NCBI GenBank assembly: GCA_002104905.1
Contig: MCFE01000470.1
Location: 5,620 to 69,619 of the forward strand
DNA length: 64,000 nucleotides
Direction of reading: 5' to 3'
DNA from: Basidiobolus meristosporus CBS 931.73
Lineage: Eukaryota > Fungi > Basidiobolomycota
The position numbers were made by a program, and so were the translations under genes. Every line of letters begins with the position of its first letter. The first letter of the stretch is position 1. Below the pieces are notes generated by a model. The model was not told the DNA's origin, did not search any database, and worked only from the letters and a program-made list of their open reading frames with translations. Shown piece after piece: positions 51,401 to 62,533 of the stretch.

Positions 51401-52844
51401 TCACACCCAGAAGCTATTATCCAGAAGAATAACTAGATGGATTGAAGAACTACAACAATTTGATTTTAAAATCCACTACCTCCCTGGGCCAAAGAATACA
51501 GTTGCTGATGCACTCTCAAGGCAACATATATCAATGGTAGATCATGAGTTGGACTGGCCAGAATACATGCCAGAGTACTTGGCAAGTCAGACAATGCCAG
51601 AAGATTTATCACAGGAAGTAAGGGTCAAGATTAAGAAAGAAGCAGAGAATTTCTCATATGGTGAAGACGAGGTACTTTACAGACACATGGAAGAAATAGG
51701 GCCTGTACCATATATTCCATTTGTATACAGAGGTGACATGATAATCAAGAATCATAAAGCCTTTGGACATCTGGGCATCCAAGGAACTTATGAAATAACT
51801 AAAAGGAGAGCCTGGTGGCCTAAACTCAAACAATTTATAGCTGAGACCCTCAAGACCTGCCCTGAGTGCCAGCTGGCTAGACCATACAACAAGGAACATG
51901 CCCCATTAGAACCACTGACTCCAGTTCCAGCATTCTACAGATGGGGAATTGACTTCATTGGAATATTGCCTGAAACTTCAAGAGGGAACAAGTGGATCAT
52001 AACTGCAATTGACCATACCACTAAGTGGTGTATAGCAAAAGCCATGCCAGCAGCTACTGCAAAAAATGTTGCAAAATTCCTTTACCTGGAAATCTTTATG
52101 CAGTTTGGATGCCCAGGTGAAATTCTGTCTGACAGAGGAGCAAACTTTTTGGAACAAACCTTGAAAGAATACCTTCAGATAATGGGGGTTAGACATTTGA
52201 AGACATCAGCATACCACCCTAGAACAAATGGGGTCACAGAGAGGTTCAATGGACTCTTTGGGAAGATGCTGACTACTTATGTCAAAGGAGCCAAACATAA
52301 GTGGGATGAATTTGTACATCAAGCACTCTTTGCCTGTCGTATTAGAGTCCATTCAGCAACACAAAAGTCCCCCTTCTACCTAGTGTATGGTACACATCCA
52401 AGAATCCCAGGTGATACCTTACCACCATACATCTGGGACTTAAAGAACCAAAAAGACTTGGCAGAATTCAGAACAAGGGAACTGGAAGAATTAGGACATG
52501 CAAGACATGATGCCATCAAGAATTTAAAACGACAAGCAGAGAAGATGAAAGAACAGTACAACAAAACAGTGGTAACAAAACCCTTAACTTTGGGAAAACT
52601 TGTATTAGTCCGAAATGAAAGTAGGCTAAAACTAGAACCACATTGGGTTGGACCCTTTATTATCACAAGAGAAATGCCCTTCAATACATTTCAACTCGCA
52701 GACATGTCAGGTAAAGTAAAGGAGGACCTAGTGCATAGAGACCGACTAAAGGAAGCACAGCTAAAAAACCCAATGACACCACCAACCAAATACTGGTATT
52801 ACAAGTCCGATAGACAGGACTCTTCAGGAGAAGAACCTCTTTAA
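48495..52844 (+). CDS. Single-ORF Gag-Pol polyprotein (Gag, CCHC, PR, RT, RNase H, IN with GPY/F; no chromodomain)
   Basis: [34 protein letters not shown] integrase zinc finger, D-D-E residues (IDFIG, SDRG, ERFN), WVGPF. Confidence 0.98.
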   Translation: MSEEKPKFSSSEEMLAYIESLEQQVAELAGQGQSHTTEPAALPSLDPRMGRQTDLDSLHFVNTQRSWFTGQGIQREGEASSVRPAVPPNSLNLGEDGQGSLDFTKQYRATNLKLQKPNIFEGKRHTATLETWIFEVEQYLYFSDDSEEVKVHYACSLFRKEATMWWKLHIQGMNRGIFPPIASWADFVKALRKRFTPINADRMAREKLSKLFQAKSVQEYNEQFNLLSMEIQNMPDTELLEQYLRGLKSNTRWEIEYKDPKTLVEAMELAERYDAIHFRRAVNHRIGHSRTTTGLKANNHIPIGSQPITEQGAHYPHTLEPMDLDVMQSTPRPSKEECFKLGLCFYCKEQGHKVNECPKRPLQRVFQLSTKEEEHTISLVKEYQRTQSLYTTPKMLKLPGILNNNQCVSVLIDSGATDVYISKDVADQMKLQTIPCPPIHILCATKESIIVNSRTEPLTLQIRDFQDTISPIIIPQANFEINVGQTWLRKHNPDINWQTQEVVINKDDAKYHLSPKPTLDKGNAPEHTISKKQFAHSIRQNPKLLHMIAFAKIQETTEVTNDRLKTLLAEFQEVFPKEIPALPPSREIDHAIEVTDDKPRNRAPYKFSPKEMETLKETLKDYLAKGWIKPSKSPWGAPVLFAPKKDGKLRFCVDYRALNAITVRNSYPLPRIDALFDQLGKAKIFSKIDLASGYHQIRIKPEDTSKTAFNTRYGHYEFVVMSFGLTNAPATFQTLMNSILEPYLEKFVLVYLDDILIYSTSMDDHMKHLKTVLAILKKHKLYAQLPKCEFLTRSVEYLGHIISDKGLHMDPAKIDAIQKWEAPKSLTEMRSFLGLASYYRRFIRDFATIAAPLTDLTKKEKDYIWTPNCETAFLTLKEKLCQTPVLQLPDFSEPFCVYTDASDLAVGGVLTQKEHPVAYESKKLSVTEQNYPVHEKELYAILHCLRVWRCYLEGKHFVVYTDHASLRYIHTQKLLSRRITRWIEELQQFDFKIHYLPGPKNTVADALSRQHISMVDHELDWPEYMPEYLASQTMPEDLSQEVRVKIKKEAENFSYGEDEVLYRHMEEIGPVPYIPFVYRGDMIIKNHKAFGHLGIQGTYEITKRRAWWPKLKQFIAETLKTCPECQLARPYNKEHAPLEPLTPVPAFYRWGIDFIGILPETSRGNKWIITAIDHTTKWCIAKAMPAATAKNVAKFLYLEIFMQFGCPGEILSDRGANFLEQTLKEYLQIMGVRHLKTSAYHPRTNGVTERFNGLFGKMLTTYVKGAKHKWDEFVHQALFACRIRVHSATQKSPFYLVYGTHPRIPGDTLPPYIWDLKNQKDLAEFRTRELEELGHARHDAIKNLKRQAEKMKEQYNKTVVTKPLTLGKLVLVRNESRLKLEPHWVGPFIITREMPFNTFQLADMSGKVKEDLVHRDRLKEAQLKNPMTPPTKYWYYKSDRQDSSGEEPL

Positions 52845-53175
52845 GTGTGGGAGTATGTTATGATTTAAATCCTAACTAGTCACTACCGATCACTTGAACA
52901 CTACTGATCGAACACCTGGAATTCCACACAGACGATCAATCGCACTCAGTGATACACACGTTATTTAATACATCTTGAACCCTCCTTTTGGAAGCTTGCC
53001 CTACGTTATCGGAAGCTCTCCCTCCGAGGCTATCTCTATATAAACTCCTTTGAACACTATCAATAAAGCATCAACCTTTTACCGGTTCATCAACTATTCA
53101 GATAACCTCTCTGATTCGTATTGGACATCCTCCGGTCCTCCTCCGCTTGCCCTCGATTCATAACATTTCCAGGTT

Positions 53176-53247
53176 GGCTCAATGGTCTAGTAGTATGATT
53201 CCTCGTTCGGGTCGAGGAGGTCCCGGGTTCAATTCCCGGTTGAGCCC
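53176..53247 (+). tRNA. tRNA-Pro (anticodon CGG)
   Basis: Acceptor stem GGCTCAA/TTGAGCC; anticodon arm CCTCG-TTCGGGT-CGAGG; B box GGTTCAATTCC; TTTT tract about 9 nt downstream. Confidence 0.93.
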
Positions 53248-53579
53248 GGTTCACTTTTGCCACTGTTTCATGGAAAGCATCTCCAGCCAGCGCATTGAAA
53301 CGAATCCCACGGATGGTCCACTTTCTGGAACACGTGGTGGGTGGAGATTCCAGGTGCCGAGTAGTTGTTGAACAGATTCATTCTGGAGGAGAGTTTCCGC
53401 AGTGTCGAGTGCCTTCGCTTCCCTCTACCATGGTAGGGATCCTTCGGGGAATGGTTGGACTCCCATATGTACCTGGATGTCCGTACTTCGACGGGCTCCC
53501 GTTTCGAGAAAAAGATCCTCCCCCGTAGCTCCGCAATTTCATCTAAGGCTGGATGACTGGCACCTTCTCAGAAGCCAAT

Positions 53580-53734
53580 CTCTCATTCAATATATGTATA
53601 AACACGCTCTAGGCAGTCATTCCGTTGACTACAGATTACAGATTGAAGAATAGAGGTGAAGCCACATACTTGGTGGGTTTAAGACTTTCATCTTCGGCAA
53701 TAACTCGGTAGTTTTACCAAACGGCACATTGGTG
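53580..53734 (+). repeat. Dispersed repeat, paralogous to 62395-62533
   Basis: Shared ATATGTATAAACACGCTCTAGGCA...GACTACAGAT...ACTTTCATCTTCGGC blocks. Confidence 0.85.
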
Positions 53735-54357
53735 ATCAGGAGACTGACTACGCCGATGGTTTTTTTTGTGGGTGGGGGTTGTCGTATGTGAGATTTGCCC
53801 TTACCACTCGTGTCTACCCAACACTTCATAGCTCAACCCAAGTCACTCTGAACCTGGCTAAGGGCCAGAGCGTCTTGGTTGAGGAGATGACTCTATGGCC
53901 TATAACTGATCGTGCTTTTCTAAACCGCGACAAATAAACCAGAATATCTTTTGACTTGGTCATTCCCCGCCACAATGCAATGCCTCAGATTAAGCAATCA
54001 ATTTTAGTTTACACGGGCTGTAGCGCATTTTGTGTGATTCCCTGGAGGGAATGCATAATTGCGACTGACCAAAAATAGATCGTGTCCCTAATTTAGGTGC
54101 AATAGTGGACGCAACGGCACAAATAAGGCTGGATCGGTGTCGGCAACCAGTTCCAACCTTGAACACTTGGGTCAAATCAACGAGTGACAACACAAGCATG
54201 AGATCGGACGCGCCAGGAAGAACCTTCGATGAATTAGCGCATCACCATATGGAGGTAGATTGTACTGAACCTTCGATATTATTAATGGTTCACCGGCTCT
54301 ATAAAAGATTCCTTGCTGCACCCACCTAGTATCATTACCACTACCACTACCATTACC

Positions 54358-55038
54358 ATGAATTCTGAATTACGCGCCAAAGCCTTCCTTTTCGACCTGG
54401 ACGGCACGCTAGTCAATACAATCGCCGCTGCAGAGAGGCAGTACACCATCTGGGCCACTAAACTCGGGATCGACCCCAAGCCGGTGGTTGAATACTGCCA
54501 CGGGGTCAGAGCAATCGAGGTGATGCAAAAGTTCGCACCCAAGGGGGCGAAGATCACCATTGACGATGCCAACGAGTGGGAAACTGGGTTCAGCAATGAT
54601 TCGGAAGGGGTCTTCGTACTCCCAGGCATACCAGAGCTCCTGAAGAAGCTTCCCAAACACCGCTGGGCTATTGTTACTTCGGGCGTCCGTGCCATGGCTG
54701 AAGCAAGACTACGGCAAATGGATCTTCCTGTCCCTGACGTATTCATCACAGCAGACACCGTAACCCGTGGAAAACCTCACCCCGAAGGATACTTGGCTGC
54801 CGCATCCAAGCTTGGTTTCAGGCCCGACGAATGCATCATCTTCGAGGATGCACCGGCCGGAATCGAGGCAGGAGTTAGCGCCGGGATTCGCACTATCGGT
54901 ATCACCACTAGCTACAAGCCAGAAACCCTCCACAAAGCGAATGTTCTCATCGATGATTATCATGACATTCTGGTGGAAAAGTCGGCCAACGAGGAGGAGT
55001 TTGAAATCAAGGTGCTAAGAAACAGAAGATCGGATTAA
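54358..55038 (+). CDS. HAD-superfamily sugar/glycerol phosphatase-like hydrolase (YfbT/DOG/GPP-like), intronless, 226 aa
   Basis: FDLDGTLVNT motif I, IVTSG motif II, GKPHPEGY, FEDAPAGI; TATAAAA near 54299. Confidence 0.92.
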   Translation: MNSELRAKAFLFDLDGTLVNTIAAAERQYTIWATKLGIDPKPVVEYCHGVRAIEVMQKFAPKGAKITIDDANEWETGFSNDSEGVFVLPGIPELLKKLPKHRWAIVTSGVRAMAEARLRQMDLPVPDVFITADTVTRGKPHPEGYLAAASKLGFRPDECIIFEDAPAGIEAGVSAGIRTIGITTSYKPETLHKANVLIDDYHDILVEKSANEEEFEIKVLRNRRSD

Positions 55039-55360
55039 ATCGCAAACCGCAAACCGCAAACCACAAACCACAAATCACTAATGGTACATCGTGCATCGCA
55101 AATCCCCAAGTAAATAGAGTCATATGGCGGCTTCCTACTGGCCGGAATCAATTTTGTGGCCAGATCAAGATTCATTGATCCATGCTGGAAACCAAATTAA
55201 AGGACAAGGCATTGCTTGTGCTGATTAGTATTTATCATCGGAATATTGTTCCTAGCCACTCTGGCGGACTCCAGGGTAAGCGATTCCACTGACTGAAACT
55301 AGGCAGGCGATAATCGATTTTGATGGGTGTAAAGGCTTGCAAATGGCTCTCTCTTCCACG

Positions 55361-55456
55361 GAGTATCTATCTTGCGACTCCGAAGCAAAGAGCCTCGAAA
55401 ACATGGAAGAAGGACTCGAGGCTGCTGCCCACAATCCGGCAAGAATCGCTCGGTAA
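55361..55456 (+). pseudogene. Degenerate Con-6-like copy
   Basis: GAAGGACTCGAGGCTGCTGCCCACAATCC matches the G-L-K-A-A-A-H-N-P core; internal deletion and early stop. Confidence 0.7.
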
Positions 55457-56201
55457 TTTTATCGAAAGAGTAGAGTTACCACAAGGAATCTAAGGGCTCA
55501 GGATGCAAGCACGGGTGTGTTGAATAGTGATGAAATGGGTTGTTCACCTGGAATAGAAAGTGCCCCAAGGACAAGCGAAATCGTAAAAATCTTGAAGAAT
55601 TAGTGCAAGCAGTTGCTACCAAAATTCGGACGGACATGGGGGGTTGTTGTTGATACTACGTCACTTGTTCCTCGCCCCAAGTTACAACGAATAGAACCGC
55701 TTGCTGAGAGTCCTTATTTGAGCTACATATATATATACATAAGCATCACGTGCGCAATATGGTTGGTAAGCCAGCTGATATGACTGTGTGGCATATGTGT
55801 GGAGGTGATGTGATGTGATGGCATGAAGAGTAGGAGTCGGACTGCACCTGGAGGAAAACTCCATCGTTGGCTAATCTAGTGGTACATCACTCTACTTGTC
55901 TGAGCATAGTCACCACCAGATGCGAGTCGAGTTTCCCGTATGGACAGCGGATCGCTGCCCACGTCATTCTAGCTAACTGAGTCAAATGCGAACTTTAACT
56001 GAGGTTAGATACGCAATGTTCTATAGCGGTGATGTCAAAGGGAATAGGTACTGAGCATACAAGGCTGCCTCCGTTCTTTGGCTGAAACTAAACACGCAAC
56101 ACTCGATTTCCGTGATGTCATAGGAAATATCGAACGAGTACATAAACTTGGCACAGATCTCCGGGCACTGCAGAGTATCTATCTCATAACTCGGAAACAA
56201 C

Positions 56202-56387
56202 ATGGAATACGAAGGAAAGAACCCCGGGAACGTTGAAGGAGGATTCAAAGCAGCCGCGCACAACCCCAACGTCTCAGCCGAGAAGCAACAAGAGTCGCTA
56301 GATAAGGCATCCCAGATCCACGAAGAACGCACTGGCAAACCGCTGAAGGAGCAGACCATTGAAAAGGAATCCAAGGATTCGAAATAA
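56202..56387 (+). CDS. Con-6 (conidiation protein 6) family hydrophilic protein, copy 1
   Basis: KNPGNVEGGFKAAAHNPNVS motif typical of the Con-6 family; TATA-like box about 60 bp upstream. Confidence 0.88.
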   Translation: MEYEGKNPGNVEGGFKAAAHNPNVSAEKQQESLDKASQIHEERTGKPLKEQTIEKESKDSK

Positions 56388-57096
56388 AGATAAGGCACGC
56401 TGCAATATGTGCGCTGATTAGGGAAGAAATACAAAGGGATTCATTCGGATTCTGGAGATCTAGGCGTCCATCGTTTTGCTTGGTTCCTCGATGATGTAAT
56501 AAATACAAAAGTACGCACCTTTTTATTAGCACTTTCAAACCTTCTGGTATCATAGCTCTGTGTCCAAGTGAACATCCAAGCCAAAGCCAGGCATGAGCAT
56601 CATTCAAATCTAAAGTGTTATCGTGTTGGATTATGAGTATAGGCGATAATTAATGCACTTATACTGTAGAGCGCTTATATCGAACTTCAATCAGATGCAT
56701 GATATCGTTGTTAAAGCATACTGCCCACGGAGAAATAAAGAGGAAGAGAGGATGAATAACGCACCAATAGGCCACAGATATCAATCGCACTCCAGGCCAG
56801 ATGCGGCATTCTTATTCATTTTTTCCGATTATTGCACTTGTTGACCTCGATCATACATCGCGTATCGGTCAAATCCGATCAGACAAACCGTGGCGCAAAT
56901 GATTTAAGATACCAAAGACTACGCTGATCTGCACTGTGGATATCGATCGAATCAAGCCGATGGCATAATGTCGCTGAATGAATCTAGTCATGAAGCACTC
57001 ATCATTCATGATGTCACCAGAACCGCACGTCGAGTATATAAGTCTACAAAAGGTTTCCTGCTCTACAGAACATCTATCCAGCAACCCAGAAACACC

Positions 57097-57282
57097 ATGG
57101 ACTACGAAGGAAAGAACCCCGGAAATGTTGAGGGAGGCTTCAAGGCTGCTGCCCACAATCCCAATGTCTCAGCTGAGAAGCAACAAGAGTCACTAGAGAA
57201 GGCATCGCAAATCCATGAAGAGCGTACCGGCAAACCGCTGAAGGAGCAAACCATTGAAAAAGAATCCAAGGATTCAAAATAA
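57097..57282 (+). CDS. Con-6 family protein, copy 2
   Basis: MDYEGKNPGNV...; GTATATAA near 57035. Confidence 0.88.
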   Translation: MDYEGKNPGNVEGGFKAAAHNPNVSAEKQQESLEKASQIHEERTGKPLKEQTIEKESKDSK

Positions 57283-58081
57283 ACCTCAGATACACTACGA
57301 AGTGTACATTGAAATCTCAGTTGCCATTTCACTTGTGTCTTGACCAGAGAGACTGGCTTTCGCCCACAAAAGAAATGGGAGGCTTGAACCAGTAGGGAAC
57401 AATAGAATGATGAAATCACTTGTCTAGTGCTCAATCAAGCCGAAGTGCCTTCGAGTTCCCAGAACCAATGGAATACGAAAATATGAGTAGCTCTCACATA
57501 TTTGGTTGTGTACTTGGAGTTTAGTGAGGTACAACTACAATGCATTCTGATGCGAATACAGCTGCTCATGGTAACCTTGGATGGTGAAGGCCCTGGTGAT
57601 GCAATTACTAGGCGTTTATATCAGGGAGAATAGGTTGTTGCAGATGGTGATCCACGTAAATTAAGTATGTGAAGCCGAGTGTGAAGCACCAGCCCAGCCA
57701 CAATCTTGTATAAGATTAGGGAGTCATCAATAGAGACTCCAACTGATTTGGCATGGTCATCTCGTTGATCGTTACTATGTTTGACCTTGATCATCAATTG
57801 TGTACCTGACATAATCATCTCATCAATCGTGTATTTATTAGTTCTGATCATGACGTTCCTTCGAAACAGTGGGTGATGATGCAGCTCAGTTATATCCCGC
57901 AGTCGTCGTAATCTTTACATTAAGGATCAATCGTTCAAACCGTCGTTGACAAAGATCATACACTGAACCCATGACACTATCAAGACCAGATTCTGATGCC
58001 ATAGGGAGTATTGTTCGTGTATAAAAGTCAGTCAAAGATAACATCTACCACATATCATTTCTCTAATAGCTCAAAAACATC

Positions 58082-58267
58082 ATGGAATACGAAGGAAAGA
58101 ACCCCGGAAATGTTGAAGGAGGATTCAAAGCCGCCGCCCACAATCCCAACGTCTCAGCCGAGAAGCAACAAGAGTCACTAGAGAAGGCATCCCAGATTCA
58201 TGAGGAACGTACCGGCAAACCGTTGGAGGGGCAGACCATTGAAAAAGAATCCAAGGATTCAAAATAA
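58082..58267 (+). CDS. Con-6 family protein, copy 3
   Basis: Same motif; TATAAAA near 58020. Confidence 0.88.
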   Translation: MEYEGKNPGNVEGGFKAAAHNPNVSAEKQQESLEKASQIHEERTGKPLEGQTIEKESKDSK

Positions 58268-59265
58268 AGATCCGATACACTACGAAGTGTTCATTGAAAA
58301 TTCAATTGTCATACTGATGTTAAAGCTCTAGAGGTAGGCCTTTTCCCGCAAAAGAAATGGGAGTCTTGATCGAGTGCGAACGATGCAATGCTCAAATCAC
58401 CATCATAGTACCCAATCAAACCGAAGAGTTTGGGAGTGTTGAAAACAATGGAGTACTAAAATATGAGCAACCCTCACGTGGTTCATTGTGTATCTGGGGC
58501 TTGGTGAGTTACAACCATAATGCATTCTGATACGAATGCAACTGTTCATGAATACCTTGAAAAGTGAAGGTTTCGTTAGCGCAATCACTGAGCACATATC
58601 AACGAGAGTAAGGTATCACCGATGAGTATGCAGGAAAATTCATGTAAGCAAAGCCAAGTATGAAGTACATCCTCCTCCAAAGCTTATCCATTAATGATTA
58701 CTCTAGCTGAATTTGTTCGTCCATTACGTTTACATTCTAGAGGGTGAAGGCTTGCGGTGGTGCAATCACTTGGCACATATGTTAATGGCTGTAGGATATC
58801 GCCGATGGGAGCCCATGAAGATTTAGGTAAGTCAATTATGAAATACAACCCACTGCAATGCTTGGTCATCAATGGTGACTCCAGCTGGATTTGTTCGCCC
58901 ATTGCTTCCAAGTTCAATAAGGTTACAGCATTCCCTCGATCTGAGATTGTGGTAGTTTACACCTTAAATGATGTTGTGATGCGAGTGAAGTGTCATCCAT
59001 TGAGACCCTTTGTGGGTATAATCTTTTCATCGATCGTGTACTTGTTGATTCCGATCGTCGTGCTCCTTCGATCTGAGGGGCGCTGACATGACCTTGTTGA
59101 TGTCCGCAGTCATCGCGATCATCACGATCTGTACCCTGGGAATCGATCAGTGCAAACGTCTGACGAAGACTAGACATTGATGCCATAGGGGGTAAGGTTC
59201 ATGTATATAAGCTTGTCGAAAGTACCTTCTTCCACACATCATTTCTCCAATAACTCAAAAGCATC

Positions 59266-59451
59266 ATGGAATACGAAGGAAAGAACCCCGGAAATGTCGA
59301 AGGAGGACTCAAGGCTGCCGCTCACAATCCCAACGTCTCAGCCGAGAAGCAGCAGGAGTCACTAGAAAAGGCATCTCAGATCCATGAAGAGCGTACCGGC
59401 GAGCCGTTGAAGGATCAAACTATTCAAAAGGAATCCAAGGATTCAAAATAA
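59266..59451 (+). CDS. Con-6 family protein, copy 4
   Basis: Same motif; GTATATAA near 59203. Confidence 0.88.
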   Translation: MEYEGKNPGNVEGGLKAAAHNPNVSAEKQQESLEKASQIHEERTGEPLKDQTIQKESKDSK

Positions 59452-60174
59452 AGACAAAATACGCTCTAACGTGCGTGCTGAATAATGAAAGAACTTGGGT
59501 CAATATTGGCAATGTGAACCTTCCTAATTACCAAAAAAATAAGAGTCGTAACTGGAAATAGCAGTCTTGCCAAAGAGGGGAATTCATTGAAAGGGGTTCA
59601 GTAGGGTTCTGGAGACGTAGGCTCCTCGATCATAAGATGGATGCAACTCAACGGATATTTTACGAATCCTTTCAAACCTCTGGGTCTTATAATTAACAAT
59701 GTCCAAGCGGGTGCCTGGGACAAAAAAGTACGCCAATATCGTGTAGATATGAGGAATAATCGTGCTGAAGTAGAGACAAGTATTTACACATGTAGTCAAG
59801 TACCAATTAGGTGAAAGATATTATTCTCAATGCCATATTTATAGAGATGAATAATGCACCAATGGGGTGCAGAAATCAATCATACTTTGGACCAGATGCG
59901 GCATTCTTATTTATTATTTCCGATTATTGTACTTGTTGACCTCGATCATGCATCGCGTCTTGGTCAAATCTGATCAGACAAACCGTTGCGTAAATGATCG
60001 AACATACCCAAACCTATTCCGATCTGCGCTGTGGATATCGATCGTGTAAAGCCGACAGTATAATGACACGAAGTACTCACCATTCATGATGTCATCAGGG
60101 CCATAGGCTGAGTATATATTCTTGGGAAAGGCTTCCTCTTCTGCAGAATATCTATCCAGCAACCCAGAAACACC

Positions 60175-60360
60175 ATGGAATACGAAGGAAAGAACCCCGG
60201 GAACGTTGAAGGAGGACTCAAGGCTGCCGCACACAATCCCAACGTCTCAGCCGAGAAGCAACAAGAGTCACTAGAGAAGGCATCCCAGATTCATGAAGAG
60301 CGTACTGGTAAACCGTTGGAAGGGCAGACCATCGAAAAGGAATCCAAGGATTCAAAATAA
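60175..60360 (+). CDS. Con-6 family protein, copy 5
   Basis: Same motif; GTATATAT near 60112. Confidence 0.88.
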   Translation: MEYEGKNPGNVEGGLKAAAHNPNVSAEKQQESLEKASQIHEERTGKPLEGQTIEKESKDSK

Positions 60361-60974
60361 AATTCATGCACACTGTCAAGTGTACCTCAAAACTTCAGTT
60401 ACTATGTTACTTGCGTGGAATAAATAAATACGTGTATCCTTCGCTTAGTTAATTGTATATTTGGGGCTTGGGGAGTTACAACCACAATACATTCTGATGA
60501 GAATGCAGCTGCTCATGATAACCTTGGAAAGTAAGAGCTTCGGTAGCATAATCAATTGGCATATATCAATGACAGTATAGCCGATGGGAATCCATGTAAA
60601 TTCAAGTATGCGAGGTCAAGTGGCATGCACCAGATTAGCTACTGTCCTATATGAGACTTAGGAGTCATCAATTGAGACTCTAGTTGACTTGAGTTAGTCA
60701 TCTCATCGATCATGGCACTAATTGACCTTGATCGTCGATTGTGTGCATGTCATAGTCATCTCATCGATCGTGTATTTATCAGTTCTGATCACAACGTTCT
60801 TTCAATCTGGTAGGTGCTGATGCAGCTCTGTTATATCCCGCAGTCGTCAAGATCTTTGAAGCATGGATCGATCGAAGATCAGGCGCCGATGCCATAGAGA
60901 GTAAGGCTCGTGTATATAAACCAGTCAAAGGTAGCTTATCCCACAGATCATTACTCTAATAACTCAGAAACATC

Positions 60975-61160
60975 ATGGAATACGAAGGAAAGAACCCCGG
61001 AAATGTCGAAGGAGGACTCAAGGCTGCCGCTCACAATCCCAACGTCTCAGCCGAGAAGCAACAGGAGTCACTGGATAAGGCATCCCAGATCCATGAAGAG
61101 CGTACAGGCGAGCCGTTGAAGGATCAAACTATTCAAAAGGAATCCAAGGATTCAAAATAA
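60975..61160 (+). CDS. Con-6 family protein, copy 6
   Basis: Same motif; GTATATAA near 60912. Confidence 0.88.
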   Translation: MEYEGKNPGNVEGGLKAAAHNPNVSAEKQQESLDKASQIHEERTGEPLKDQTIQKESKDSK

Positions 61161-61841
61161 AGACAAGGCACGCTCCAATGCGCATGCTGATTATTGTTGC
61201 AAACCTTGTCATTGAATATGTATAAATCCATTAAGTGGTCGGATTCCACACATTCATGTGGGCCTTGCATAATTCATCCTTAGTCCACCCACCATTATAA
61301 CATAACAGAGTTGCGAGAATTCGAGATTTGTCAAGCACCTAAATCTCAGTATCTGATTACGAAAGCGAGAATGCAAGCAAAATACGAACTTGCATATCAA
61401 GTATAAAGAATAATCGTGTTGAGGTGTGAATTTAAGCCATTGTTGAAGCACTGATCCTATACGTACGAATGTGTGTAGTCAAGCTCAGATGGATAAGAAA
61501 GCAACAGAAAAAAAAGGCGACTGACTTGTCAATAGGACTAATATGTTACCACACTTCAGGCCAGACGCGACATTCTTATTGATTGTGGATGTCGATCGTA
61601 CATTGTGTATCAGACAAATCCGATCATACTAACTGCTGTGCAAATGATCCAACATACCCAAAGATATCCCGATCTGCACTGTGGATATCGATCGAGTCAA
61701 GCCGATGGCATAATGTTGCTGATTGAGTCTAGTCATGAAGCACTCATCATTCATGATGTCACCAGAACCGCAGGTCGAGTATATAAGTCTACAAAAGGTT
61801 TCCTGGTCTACAGAATATCTATCCAGCAACCCAGAAACGCC

Positions 61842-62027
61842 ATGGAATACGAAGGAAAGAACCCCGGAAATGTTGAGGGAGGCTTCAAGGCTGCCGCACA
61901 CAACCCAAATGTCTCAGCCGAGAAGCAACAAGAGTCACTAGAGAAGGCATCCCAGATTCATGAAGAGCGTACCGGCAAACCGCTGAAGGGGCAGACCATT
62001 GAAAAGGAATCCAAGGATTCAAAATAA
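61842..62027 (+). CDS. Con-6 family protein, copy 7
   Basis: Same motif; GTATATAA near 61779; flanks nearly identical to copy 2. Confidence 0.88.
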   Translation: MEYEGKNPGNVEGGFKAAAHNPNVSAEKQQESLEKASQIHEERTGKPLKGQTIEKESKDSK

Positions 62028-62394
62028 ACCTCAGATACACTACGAAGTGTACATTGAAATCTCAGTTGCCATTTCGCTTGTGTCTTGACCAGAGAGGCTG
62101 GCTTTCGCCCACAAAAGAAATGGGAGGCTTGAATCAGTAGGGAACAATAGAATGATGAAATCACTTGTCTAGTGCTCAATCAAGCCGAAGTGCCTTCGAG
62201 TTCCCAGAACAATGGAGCACTAAAATATGAGCAACTCTCACCTGTCTGATTGTGTACTCGGAGTTTAGTGAGGTACAACTATAATGCATTCGAGTGGGAA
62301 TGCAGCTGCTCATGGTAACCATGGAAGGTGAAGGCCCTGGTGGGGCAATTACTTGGCGTTTAAGTCAGGGAGAGTAGGTTATCGCAGATGGAAA

Positions 62395-62533
62395 CTCTCA
62401 CTCAACATATGTATAAACACGCTCTAGGCAATCATTCCATTGACTACAGATAGAGGTGAAACCACGTGCTCGGTGGGTTTAAAACTTTCATCTTCGGCGA
62501 TACCTCAGTAGTTTTCTAAACGGCACATCGGTG
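62395..62533 (+). repeat. Dispersed repeat, paralogous to 53580-53734
   Basis: Direct nucleotide similarity. Confidence 0.85.

Larger units (their letters stand above)
47788..53165 (+). mobile_element. Intact Ty3/gypsy LTR retrotransposon, 5378 bp, 4-bp TSD TTTC
   Basis: LTRs 47788-48097 and 52856-53165 (310 bp, no difference found by eye); PBS TGGTAGCAGCG at 48099; purine-rich PPT 52843-52855; TTTC at 47784-47787 and 53166-53169. Confidence 0.98.

Noticed and set aside
52600-52844. Chromodomain at the integrase C-terminus
   Set aside because: Only a short tail follows the GPY/F module, with no chromodomain pattern
54313-54357. TTG start for the HAD gene
   Set aside because: It lies just after the TATA box; ATG 54358 precedes motif I at the usual distance
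55038-55078. CGCAAAC/CACAAAC 7-mer repeat after the HAD stop codon
   Set aside because: Short microsatellite-like 3' UTR repeat with no further support for function
56968-57096. N-terminal extensions of Con-6 copies 2 and 7 (104 and 140 aa ORFs)
   Set aside because: The extensions run through the TATA box; the other five copies start at the conserved ATG
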